Shown: positions 1 to 11,940 of the stretch, one piece after another
How the letters are laid out: each line of letters begins with the position of its first letter
How positions within the stretch are numbered: position 1 is the stretch's first letter
From: Phyllobates terribilis
Taxonomy: Eukaryota
Assembly: GCF_046119375.1 (NCBI RefSeq)
Contig: NW_027362768.1
Coordinates: forward strand, 163,804,001-163,868,000
Direction: 5' to 3'
Length of the DNA: 64,000 bases
Position numbers and translations under genes: made by a program
Notes under the pieces: model-generated
Database searches by the model: none
What the model was told of the DNA's origin: nothing
The model's input: the letters and a program-made list of their open reading frames with translations, nothing else

Positions 1-914
1 CGGAGATATCCATGTCCATATGTGGCACACGTGTGCCGCATAAGGATCACACGTACCGGCGTTTGGGAATCAGCAGTACAGTTAGCGCTGTTCCCAAGTG
101 CCAGGTGCTGAACACTGCCGTCATCATAGTCCCCTGCCAGCGCTGCGATCAGCACCAGCAGAGGACAATGATGAGAGTAGTAGTGTCTGCTCCCTGTGTC
201 TCCACCTGTAAAAATAAGAATAAAATAAAAAAATCCATATACTCACCTGTCTTAAGTGTCCCCCGCTGTAATCCATGCGACCGCTCAGCAGAAGAGCCGG
301 GGAGAATGACTCCTGCAGCGAGTAAGCCCCGGAGCTGCGCTCAGCAAGTGATGTCTTGTCACTCACTGAACGCAGCGGAGGTCCAGAGCTCGCTCACTGC
401 AGGAGTCATTCTCCTCGGCTCCTCTGCTGAGCGGTCGCATGGATTACAACGGGGGTCACTTAGGACAGGTGAGTATATGGATTTTTTTATTTTATTCTTA
501 TTTTTACAGGTGGAGACATCGGGAGCAGACTATTACTCTCATCAATGTCCCCTGCTGGTGTTGATTGTAGCTCTGGCAGGGGACTATGATGAGGGCAGCG
601 TTCAGCACCCGGCGCTTGGGAACAGCGCTAACTGTAGCGCTGATTCCCAAGTGTCGGTACATGTCACATGGATGGCATCCGTGTGCGGTACGTGTTTACA
701 TGGACCCATTGACTTGAATGGGTCGGTGTGATCTGTGCTGCCGGCCAGAAACAGACATGTCTACGTGTGGATCACACAGACTCACGTTCCGAGAAAACAC
801 ACTGACATTTGTGCAGACCCATTCATTTGAATGAGTCAACGTGTGTCAGTGTCTCCGGTACATGTGTAAACTGTCACCAAACGTACTGGAAATACGGACG
901 CGTGAAAGAGCCCT
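1..914. mobile_element. Fold-back MITE (left end outside the window), palindrome centred near 357
   Basis: Arms at about 1-345 and 365-710 are reverse complements. Same family as 39996-42370. Confidence 0.8.
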
Positions 915-1755
915 AAAAGGAAAGGTGATATACCGGTATATGCGGAAAATCACTCCATTCAACGAGGACAGTTCAGAGCCCTGTTTTTGATACGATCAGC
1001 AAGTTAGGACATGCATTGGTGGGGTACAGGTACAACCCATTTTAATTAAGGTTAGGTCACACCACCATATTTTCTCGCATCCGAGAGTTTATTTCTATTT
1101 AGGCCTCATTCAGACATCCGTGAGTTTTCTCATAAGTAAAAGCACAGACCATTGTTCATCAGTGTTTTGGATCCAATTTTCAGCACTGTTTGGTTTATAT
1201 CAGTTTTTGATCAGTGATTTTCACTGATGAAAAAATTAAGTGCAATGATCACGGGCAACACACGGACCGGGCACTGATGCCATCCATGTCTGTCTGTGAT
1301 TTTCACGGCCCCATAGACTTTTATGAGTGATTTTGAGCCGTGATTCAAATAAAAAATAGACACGTCTCTGTATTTTGTGACAGATCACTCAGTCTGCAAA
1401 AAATCATGGAGATGTGAACAGCCCCATACAGTATAACGAGGTCCGTGTTCTATCTGTGAAACATACACACAGAATTTGTACATCTGAACGAGGTCTTAAC
1501 GGAGAGGAGAAACTTGGGCATTTTTTTCCCTGTATAAGATGCTGCATTGATAAAACAGGAAAATATATCTTTGTACCATATTAGGCAGTAGATGGAAAAA
1601 TACTAAAACTAGGAAGTCTGCAGTGGTTGATACTTTTTAATGGCAGACTGATAACAAATATAATAAAAACAGATCTAAATTGGATGAAAATCAGTGAAAA
1701 TTTGTCCCTTTTTCATGTGCAAAAAAAACAAACAGGGACGTCTGAATGGGGCCTA

Positions 1756-2215
1756 AGGCTATGTTCACATGGTGCATTTTTTCTGCGTTTTTTTTTCTGC
1801 AAATGTTAAGCTGCGTTTTACAGTACCAGCAGAGTCTATGAGATGTCAGAGATCTCATGCACACACATTGGTTTTTTTTTCCTGACTGATTTTGCAAAAT
1901 GCAGCATGTCACTTTTTTCAGCGTTTTTGACCCGTAGAAAGCAATGGATGGTGCAAAAACACAGCAAAAAAATGTAGGTATCAGGTTTTGCTGCACTTTT
2001 GGTGAAAAAAACCTGAGAAAGTTGAAGTGTTTTTTTTTTTTTTTTATGCACTAAACTTTAATCAGCACGCACAAGAGACAAATGTACCCTGACAAATATA
2101 CGGCAAAAAACAAACAAAACGCAGCATAAACAGCTTTTTTTTTACGTTGCTTTTTTACTGCCAAGAGAGCAGGTTTTGCCTGCGGAAAAAAAAACTCAAC
2201 GTGTGAACAAAGCCT
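1756..2215. mobile_element. AGGC..TTCACA-type MITE (related copies at about 7935-8500 and 49471-49867)
   Basis: AGGCTATGTTCACAT ... GTGTGAACAAAGCCT termini with an A/T-tract-rich palindromic body. Confidence 0.65.
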
Positions 2216-4760
2216 AAATTTGATTATTAGGGGGGGGGGGGGGGCTTTCTGTATGCGCTCATCACCTGTTGCTAGTTAGGGCCGGAGTGATACTTTGTAC
2301 GTTAGGAAGATACATTGTATATATTGTTACTTCTGCAGCTGGAGGAGTAACATTTGGTTCTCCAGCTGTTAGAACCTGCTGGACTTTATGGTTCCCCACC
2401 ATCCGCTGTCCCTTCACAGGGCGTAAGCGTCAGGTTCTCCTCCTGATGTGGCTTTGGCTTAGTTGCTTCTCCTTCTCCTCCCACCCCTGGATCCTCCAGC
2501 TGCAGGAGGGTGTGGTGGGATTACAGCCTGTAGGAAGGGTGTGCCTGCCTGTGTCCTCTCCCTGCTGTGCAGGCCCAGCCTCACCACTGTCTGCTCAGAG
2601 CCCTCCCTAATGAGCAGGCTGGAGCTCTGATGTTAGCAGGGTGAAGTTGAGTCACACAGGGGTGTGGTTACCCAGATCTCCCTCTCTTTCTCCTTCCTTC
2701 CTCCTTTCCCTCTTTCACGCTCTCTCTGTCAGGCTTGGGAGTGTCAGGAATCCACAACATCAGGTAAGAAACTTATTTCACTTGGGGGGAAAAGTTAGAA
2801 CTTAAAGGGGGGCTGGTAAAGTGGGACCACCTTCTTTGCAGCGGGCGGCGAAGTCTCAGGGTGCCTCGTTGCCCTCTGTCCCATGTGGCAGATAGGAGGG
2901 TGACAGGCCCTTAATCCATCTGACTGATGTCGACGCCAGGCGAGAGAGTGTTAAGTACCAAGTGTGTGTCTGTGCCAGGCACAGGATGGAGCGACGGTCG
3001 CCCCACTCTCTATTCCCACCCACCGCACTCTCGGATTATTTGCCGAGTCCTTATTAAGTCTGGCACATCTGGAAGAGAGAGGGGCGACAGGAGGGCGAAA
3101 AAAGGGGAAGGATGGGACGTGTTGAAATCCGGCGGCACGGCTCGTCACCACACCGTCTGCTCAGAAAGTTCACCCAAGTTTTCTGCCTGAACAGGAGAGT
3201 AACCCTATTAGTATGATGACCCCCAAATTACCGTCATTCGATAAGTAATGCGCATTTCGTATCCGTCACCATAAAGGGTTAAAAACCATTGCGTCTCTTT
3301 CGGATGGACCTGCTGGTAGCCCTCAGCAGTTAGTAATTATGTAGAGGCCCTGAGTTGGGGGCGACGTGTGGGCAAAGGTGGAATGTGAGGCAGCAGTCCA
3401 GCCCATCTGTGAGTGGGACCACCAGACAACCTGCAGAACCAGGGACTATGGACTCCGGCAAAGGGGGGAGGGGAGGCAGCGATGAGGTTGGAGTTTTTGT
3501 TCTTTGTTAAAGAGTGACTCTGGAGAGGACGCTGGACCTTCGGGGATGTAGGTGAGAGGTGACTGCAGTTGACAGCCATGTCGGCTCGTGCGATCACGAG
3601 GTGGAGGTGCTTGCTATTAGATCCTGTAAGAAGATGGTGCCTGCAGCGGCTGTGATGTCTCATGTGACTGCTGTGTGGTTTCTGATGACATGAGGCATCC
3701 TGACGTGCCTTCTCGTGCCCCGTGATGTCAGCGGTGAACACGCCCGGGCTCCTATCAATGACACTAATGGAGTGTGGTGTTATGGGTCCCATAAGGTCAG
3801 AAGTAGAGAAATGTTTCCCCTCCATTTCCTTCCTGCGTTTCCGTGTCTATCCGCACTCACAGAACGAAAGAAAACCGGCTCTCGCGTTTCTCATCTTGAG
3901 AGAATGTATTTTTTTCCCGTGGAGCATTGCCAATAAGACGCCATAATCAGACTTTCTCCTTAAGGAGTGCCAATAGCTCCTCGAAGCTAGAGAAAATGAC
4001 TTTACACCTGAAGTCATCGACTACTCTGGAACATAAGAACTAAGACCTGATCGGATAATGGCTGATAACACAGAACAACAGCCTGCATCTATCTCTGCAG
4101 ATGAAGCGTCCTGCAGCCATTGGCCTTCTGCCGTAGCCCACCCCTGGCATGTATCATGTGAGCGCCCTGTGTTCTGGGCGTCTCGTCACCTTTCCCTTGT
4201 ATTACAATAAAAAAAAAAAAAACCCTGGGTGTGAATCTGTTTTGATCGGTGACATTTTTTCTCAGTGACAGGTGACTTGTAGATACCAGGGCTGGTCCCA
4301 TGTATAATGGATGACTGCACCCCTCCTGGATCCAGTCTGCCAGCATCCCAAATGCATGGGCACCTGCTGCTAATGTTTAGGGGCAATGGCTGCCATTGGG
4401 ATGGGTCCGGTGATGGACACATACAAGAAATTGAAGAGCTAATAGATGAAGGTTTATGCATCCAAAAGCTGGGACTTGTAGTTCCATAAGGAGAGATGCA
4501 AATTGCCGTTACTTGTTGGCTATAGTGGATGTGGGGGGCTCAAATGACTAAATATTGTGATTGTTGGGGGGAGACCCTGCTCCAGATTCTGCTCGGGACC
4601 CCAAATCTTCGTGCTGCGCCTGTGCTTCTGTATAATGCGACTTGTTTCACCTGTCGGCTGTTTCATGGCAGCCTGTGTGTGCGGAGATGCCATGGGCCCG
4701 GCCAGGAGACGATGTGCTCTCACAAAGTCCAATGTCGGGCTAAAAGGGTCTACTGTTGTC

Positions 4761-5061
4761 CAGGGCTGTGGAGTCAGTGTCCATTTTTGTGGAGTCGATA
4801 TAAAATGGACAGACTCCAACTCCTAAAATATATAATAAATTGGGTACAGTAATTCAAGTTTGTGGGGAATGTTTTCTTGAGAATTTGGGAAAGTTCTGAA
4901 ATGTCCTATAAATGTCTGTCCTATTCCCGATCTAAGGGTCTAGACTTTTAGCTGAGATGAATCTGTGCTACAGTATCACTTAAACATGAGCCGTGTATGA
5001 GGGAGTCGGAGTCATGGAAATTGAGGAGTCGGAGGTTTGGCTTACCGACTCCACAGCCCTG
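4761..5061. mobile_element. hAT-type MITE with a perfect 8-bp TSD
   Basis: CAGGGCTGTGGAGTC...GACTCCACAGCCCTG flanked by CTGTTGTC at 4753-4760 and 5062-5069. Confidence 0.88.
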
Positions 5062-5814
5062 CTGTTGTCTCATATTGGACTAGTCAGATTTCTGGCCCTA
5101 AACATGCCGGTTTAAGGCGGGGGCTACACGGCGACTGTGGCTCAATACCAGTGAATGGGTCATCTAGGGCACCGCAGCATGCAAGTCAAAGTACGACCTG
5201 GTTGTGTCTTCTGTGTCTTGCTTGTCGGGGTGCCCTAGATGACGCATTGTCGCCCCCCCCCCCCATTCACTGGCATCGTGCTGCGGTGTAGCAGCTGCGC
5301 ATGGCGATCTTTGGCCATTTAGCCCCCGCCTTAAGAAATTTTGCTACAAAATGACAAAAAAACTTGGAATCAGTTCTTATCTTGGACTGTTCTGGTAAAT
5401 CCACAGGATGTGGAGGTGGGACCTGCGTATATCTCAAGAACAAGTCCTTTTGGCCCCCCATCTCACTGTCCAGGGCCATGGAGAGATCTGACTTTACCCA
5501 GCAACACCATCAAAGAGTGAGATGGGAGAAGCACTATAAGGCTATATTCACACATGGCAGATTTGTTGCAGCAATGTCTGCCCCTTTCTGATTCATCAGG
5601 ATGGGACATGTTTAAATCCAAATGCTCATCCCTGAAATAATCCCATTTGCAGAGATGTTTGCTATGACTCTGCTGCACGTGGATCTCTCACAATGGGGTT
5701 AGTGGTATTTTTGATCATCGACTTCGCATTCTTGTCATTTCTTTCCCAGTTATCTGCGGCCAACTATGATTTGTCCCCATAAAACGGCCAGATTGCAGTC
5801 TGGTTGTCATTTAA

Positions 5815-6251
5815 AGCAAATCTGTCACCAGGTTTTTACTACCCCGGTCTGAGAGCAGCATGATGTAGGGGCAAATACCCTGATTCCAGCGATAAATCAC
5901 TTACTGGGCTGCTTGCTGTAGTTTTGATAAAATCCCTGCTTTATCTGCTGCAGATCTAGCAGTTCTCTAAATGCTGAACTCTGTATGACCCCCCGCCCCC
6001 AATCACTGATTGGCAGGTCTCTGCCAATCAGTGATGGGGACGGGGTTATACTGAGCTGATAAATACGGAGGACTACCTGGCTGCAGGTTTACTAGTCCAC
6101 TAGTGATGAGATCTCCTGCTGATAAAACAGGGATTTTTATCAAAACTAGAATAAGCAGCCCAGCAAGTGATACATCACTGGAATCAGGGACTCTGCTTCG
6201 ACATTAAGCTGCTCTCATATTAGGTTGCTGAAACCTGGTGAAAGATTCCCT
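5815..6251. mobile_element. T2/Kolobok-type MITE with TTAA TSD
   Basis: TTAA-AGCAAATCTGTCACC ... GGTGAAAGATTCCCT-TTAA. Same family at 59736-60161, partial copy at about 21770-22110. Confidence 0.8.
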
Positions 6252-8514
6252 TTAAATCCATAGGAGCTAAGTCGTATGTGACCTGTGAGGTGCAACCAAA
6301 ATTACAGCAGTGTTGGATGTTTTCTGCAATGGGTGCAGTAGGTGACGGGTGACAATGGGACCCGATTCATAGCCATTAGATATGATGCCACGTTCATGGT
6401 GTGCGATCGGTGTTCGCCGTGAAGCTTCTGTCCGGTCTTGGGCTTCACTGGGTCAAGGATCGAATAGTCCCAATCTGGTGAGGATGTTTGTAGAAAATGC
6501 GACTCTCCAGCAATTTCCATAATGACCTTGTGGTTAGCTATTGTGAAACCACAACTCCCAGCATGCCTGACATCCCGTCCAGTATGATATAGTGCCCTCT
6601 CCTGACAGCTCGGTAACGAGGCTGGTTTCCTGTCACTCACCCCAGGGGCAATGACCCTACCCCTCTAACACAAGCCTGCAAAGTGTTTCCATAGGTGATG
6701 CAGATGTAGCAGCGCTGAGATTGTTACTTGCACTTGTGCATTTCAGTAGATTGCTGTTGTCAGATTTGCTATGTTAAAGCTTGTAGGGAAGTAATTAGGA
6801 AAAAAATCAATGCCTCATTTTCATAGTGACACCCCATCCACCCCCCACAATAATGTGTATTTATAAACATTCAGAGAAGGGAAGACCCCAGCAGCAGTAA
6901 GCTGATCACTAGAAGACCCCACTCAGTTACGAAGAATTACAACCAAGGTGCATGATCCCTTTAAGAAAGCCTCTGGAATATCACATGGACTAAAAGCCCC
7001 CATGCTCAGTGACAAACTCAGCTCTGCTGCATCCATATATAATAGAGTTTAGCATTGGTGATATCTTTCACTGGTGTTGGATCGTTTATGGATAGTTTGT
7101 AGGGTTTCCCATTGGCTTGACTATATGGTGGCTCTGCACAGCTTGTACAAAATGGTAATATGGCAGTTTATAGGGTCGTGCCGTGTCTCCCATGATTCAT
7201 CCACAATTGTTACAGTAGCACCAGTGGGTGGTATACGATATAGGTCCCCGAGCGATGGAGGGTGCAGACACTTCTGGGGTGATCCATATAGTCAGTGTGT
7301 CCAAAATGGTATACAGGTGCAAACTGGCTAAGATGGCCCCCTTGTCTGGAATCCATGGGATTTTACAAAGTGACCTTGCTGCTGATATGGCGCGACCCAA
7401 CAATGACCCATGGAGCAACATGGAAGTGATCGGATTCTGTGCCGCTGTGCGGGCTCTGTGGACGAGGCTATGCTGCGTACGTGCCCCGACGTCATCAAGG
7501 AAAATGCAAATTTGTGCGAATATTGTGCCTTTATTAAAGTCGCTCTGAAGCTGCAAAGACTGTAATGAATCTTATACGCTGCGGGCTGTAGCTCTGGTGG
7601 GCCGTATTTGTTTCTTTTTGCTCCATATGGCTTATTATCTGCGCTGCTTTTATGACTTTACTGAGGCCATTTCCTGCATGATAAAAATGGGAAAAAATTA
7701 GATAAAATTAATCTGCAGATAACGGCTTCTGCCGACTGATAGGTTCACCTGCGCGGCTTCCGATTATTGCATCAGCCGATTGGAGATTAGTGCAGCCCGC
7801 ATCGTCACAGCCTCTTCCGCAACGCCGCCGCGCATTTTATATTCCTTCCCTAGGGTCCGTACTTTTATGTTCTGCACACGATTACTTTTTCATAGTTTTT
7901 GGTGGTGTTTTTATTCTGGTGGTGGTCGAGTCTAAGGCTATGTTCCCTGATGGGCTTTTTTTTTTGTAACGGCAGAAATCTGCAGCAAAACTGATTTCTG
8001 GCAGGAAATCAGCTGTCAAAAATGCAGTGCGTTTCTTTTACTGCCCTTCTGTTTTTATTTTTCATGTACTGTGACACAAAACAAACCCATTCTATTTTGC
8101 CATCAAAAACGCTGAAAAAAATTGCGTGTTTTTTTTCACCACCCATTACTTCCTATGGGTGAAAAAGTGACCTGCTCTCTTTTCCAAAAACCCAACCAAG
8201 ACACAAAATACGCAGCAAAAAAAAACAAACAAAAACAAGATGTGTGAACAGAGCATTCTGCTTTCTCATAGACTTTGCTGGTACTGCTAGACGCAGCTGA
8301 AAATTTGCATAAAGACCTGCAGCAAAACACGCTGAAAAACCCAACGTTTGCCTTAGAAAGAAACCCATGGGGAAAACCCAACTGGCGCTGCTTATAAAGA
8401 CGTTATAATAAAGTAACGTCAGGCCCCAACTTTTTCCAATGGCAAAAAAAAACCAAAACAAAACCTCAAACCATTTGTAATGCTACGTATGAATCCAGCC
8501 TAACACATCGCAAC

Positions 8515-8863
8515 GGAAAATGCAAAAGGTAAAAGCTGATGTTAATAAGCTCTAAGGCATATAAAATTCAGCAATTACTACCTTTAATAAAGTCCTTGTA
8601 AAAACACAACACGTTTCGACGGCATGCAAGCCGTCTTCATCAGGTGATACCTGATCCTGATACCTTAATCCTTTATGAAAGGTAGTAATTGCTGAATTTT
8701 ATATGCCTTAGCGCTTCTTATCACCAGCTTTTACCTTTTTGCATTTTCCACATTTCACCCCTTTTGGGGTTACTGGTGAGCTGCTTTGGCTTACTTTTTA
8801 ATTTTAGCTCATGGACTGTTTGCCCCTCATTTTGACATTACCAGCTTCAACTTCTTTTTTTCT
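8515..8863 (-). mobile_element. Non-autonomous Penelope-like (PLE) insertion with a 14-bp TSD, inverted arms and a hammerhead motif
   Basis: Direct repeat TAACACATCGCAAC at 8501-8514 and 8864-8877. Inverted arms of about 78 bp at 8515-8592 and 8671-8749. HHR core in the loop. Confidence 0.75.
8605..8646 (-). ncRNA. Minimal type-I hammerhead ribozyme motif (PLE type)
   Basis: CAC-CTGATGA-A-GACGGC-ttgcat-GCCGTC-GAAA-CGTG-TT-GTG: intact core, perfect 6-bp stem II, 3-bp stem I, GUU triplet. Confidence 0.7.
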
Positions 8864-10680
8864 TAACACATCGCAACAAAACTTTTCCAGACTTCTGCCC
8901 AGTTGTACATACGACTTATGTTCTAAGTTTAGATTTAGGGGCAGACATCAGGATTTCAGTATGAAAGGGTTAACACATTATACACATAAGCTGCTGCATC
9001 TGCGTGTCCGTTCTGCCAGGAATAACTATCAGAGCATCATCTCTTGTTGGGGGCGGAGCTCTGGATGCCGAGCTCCTTGGGGGCGGAGCTTCATCTAACC
9101 GACACTTTGTTGCCACGGCAGCCGTTTGTCTCCTGTAGAGACCACTTCTGTGTAAGAGGCTCCCGCTGCTCGGAGGGTCATCGGGCATGGTGTAATGAAT
9201 GGCGTCATTATTATTATTGATTATCCTTGTACTGAAAAAACAAAGGTGAAAGTTTCCTTATGATCGGCTGTCAGGTTTTGATGGGTGGGATCTGGATCCC
9301 CGCTGATGGTGCATTGAGGGTCTTCAGTGTCGGGCTCAGTTTGGTGGCTTTGTTAGGGGTCTGACCCTCGCTCATTAAACAGTTAAATTGGTGTCTCACC
9401 AACAATATTCTGGGGATAGCTGATATGTATGACTACCCTGAGTACTTGCGCCCCCTGTGTGCACGGAGCAGTAATGCGCAACTGTCACTCTTTTTGTTAT
9501 GAGACCAGCGGTGACCTCTCACCCCACCCCCCCCCCCCTCCTGTTCCCATAAACCAGTAGAAATGAATGAAGAGGATATTTGTGGGGTCCAGTAGTCAAC
9601 CCATCACCAATGGGACAACCCCTTTAAGTTTAGGAAGTCCTCTAATAACTACATTTATGAGAGAACCTGTTTTGTTGCAAAATTTAAGAGAAAAAATGTA
9701 ACCCTGAGAGGGGACATTAGGTGCAATAACATAATGGTAGTGATGTCACGTCTGTGATGTCATGTCGGATGATGTCTGCTAGTGAGGGAGGGGTGGGATT
9801 TATTCTTACAGGGCTAAGTTTAGACAGACGGCATAACGTATCATATTGGCCCATGTAAATGTAGTTCATCTTGCTAGCCAGGGTGCATGTTATGGCTCCT
9901 CTTATCCCCGAGCCCTATACTGGCAGAATTAAAGGGGTTGTCCCAAAACAGTAAGTTATCTTTCCACTGGATTGGTAATAACTTGCTGATTGTTGGGAAC
10001 ACGTTATTTGGACGCTCACCGATCCTGAGACCAAGGAATGGAGCAATGGCTATAGTCTATCTCCAGCAATCCCATAGACAATGAATGGAGCATTAGTGTG
10101 CGTTCTCAGTGGTGGGACCGCCGGCAAGTAATTGTCTATCCTGTCGTCTTTCATGGCCGATGCTTCTAATATGGGTTGCCGTTTGGGGCAGTGACTGATC
10201 GTATTTGACTCGTAAAAAATAGACATTTGTATGGCGAGAGTATAATGCAAATTGTAATGACTGTCACTTCATAACTTTTGCTTCTTCGTAGTAATAACCC
10301 CCCCCCCCCCCCCATATAGCAGGACACCTGGCGAACTCCTAAATCATAGAGTGCAACAACGTCTCCTACAGATGTAGCAGAGCTGACTTTGTCACTTACT
10401 TGGACAGAACATGAGAATGGCAATCTCGGCTCTGCTATATTATGCAATTTAGTAACTATAAACATGAGATCCAACATTGAAGAAAATTTACAATCTACGC
10501 TCTTCAGCCCTTATGGCCATTTTATATGGGCTGATCGGCCAAATGAGCTTGTAACCTGAAGCTCCTGGGCCCCAATGAAAACCTGTATTGGGGTCCCCTT
10601 ACCATGCCACTTATAATAATGGTATCTCGTTGGCGTCCTTTGGGCTCCAAAACCATTGAGAGTTGCCCTTGCGTCGTCTT

Positions 10681-11940
10681 CGTCCCTCCCCCTCCCTGTA
10701 GCTGCGCCTCTGCGTTCCGCGTCTCCCCCTCCCTGTAGCTGCGCCTCTGCGTTCCGCGTCCCCCCCTCCCTGTAGCTGCGCCTCTGCGTTCCGCGTCCCC
10801 CCCCTCCCTGTAGCTGCACCTCTGCGTTCCGCGTCCCCCCTCCCTGTAGCTGCGCCTCTGCGTTCCGCGTCCCTCCCCTCCCTACAGCTGCGCCTCTGCG
10901 TTCCGCGTCCCTCCCCTCCCTACAGCTGCGCCTCTGCGTTCTGCGTCCCCTCCCCCCTGTAGCTGCGCCTCTGCGTTCTGCGTCCCCTCCCCCCTGTAGC
11001 TGCGCCTCTGCGTTCTGCGTCCCCTCCCCCCTGTAGCTGCGCCTCTGCGTTCTGCGTCCCCTCCCCCTGTAGCTGCGCCTCTGCGTCCCCTCCCCCCTGT
11101 AGCTGCGCCTCTGCGTCCCCTCCCCCCTGTAGCTGCGCCTCTGCGTCCCCCCCCCCCTGTAGCTGCGCCTCTGCGTTCCGCGTCCTCCCTCCCTGTAGCT
11201 GCGCCTCCGCGTCCCCCTCCCTCCCTGTAGCTGCGCCTCTGCGTTCCGCGTCCCCCCTCCCTGTAGCTGCGTCTCTGCGTTCCGCGTCCCCCCTCCCTGT
11301 AGCTGCGCCTCTGCGTTCCGCGTCCCCCTCCCTCCCTGTAGCTGCGCCTCTGCGTTCCGCGTCCCCCTCCCTCCCTGTAGCTGCGCCTCTGCGTTCCGCG
11401 TCCCCCTCCCTCCCTGTAGCTGCGCCTCTGCGTTCCGCGTCCCCCTCCCTCCCTGTAGCTGCGCCTCTGCGTTCCACGTCCCCCCTCCCTGTAGCTGCGC
11501 CTCTGCGTTCTGCTCCCCCCCCTACAGTTGCGCCTCTGCGTTCCTCTCCCCCCCCCTCCCCTCCCTGTAGCTGCGCCTCTGCGTTCCGCGTCCCCCCCTC
11601 CCCTCCCTGTAGCTGCGCCTCTGCGTTCCACGTCCCCCCTCCCTGTAGCTGCGCCTCTGCGTTCCGCGTGTCCCCCCCCTCCCTGTAGCTGCGCCTCTGC
11701 GTTCCGCGTCCCCCCCCTCCCTGTAGCTGCGCCTCTGCGTTCCGCGTCCCCCCCCCTCCCTGTAGCTGCGCCTCTGCGTTCCGCGTCCCCCCCCCTCCCT
11801 GTAGCTGCGCCTCTGCGTTCCGCGTGTCCCCCCCTCCCTGTAGCTGCGCCTCTGCATTCCGCGACCCCCCCCCCCTCCCTGTAGCTGCGTTTCTGCATTC
11901 CGCGACCCCCCCCCCTCCCTCCCTACAGCTGCGCCTCTGC
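10681..11940. repeat. GC-rich minisatellite, variable 28-40 bp unit (core CTGTAGCTGCGCCTCTGCGTTCCGCGTCCCCCCTCC), about 36 copies
   Basis: Directly visible tandem array with variable C-tracts. Confidence 0.97.

Noticed and set aside
12-731. 239-aa plus-strand ORF
   Set aside because: It spans a palindromic multi-copy MITE, has no start context or domain, and the sister copy at 40 kb does not preserve the frame.
7074-7556. Overlapping 85-119-aa ORFs in compositionally balanced sequence
   Set aside because: No recognisable domain and no consistent exon boundaries; cannot be supported without a search.
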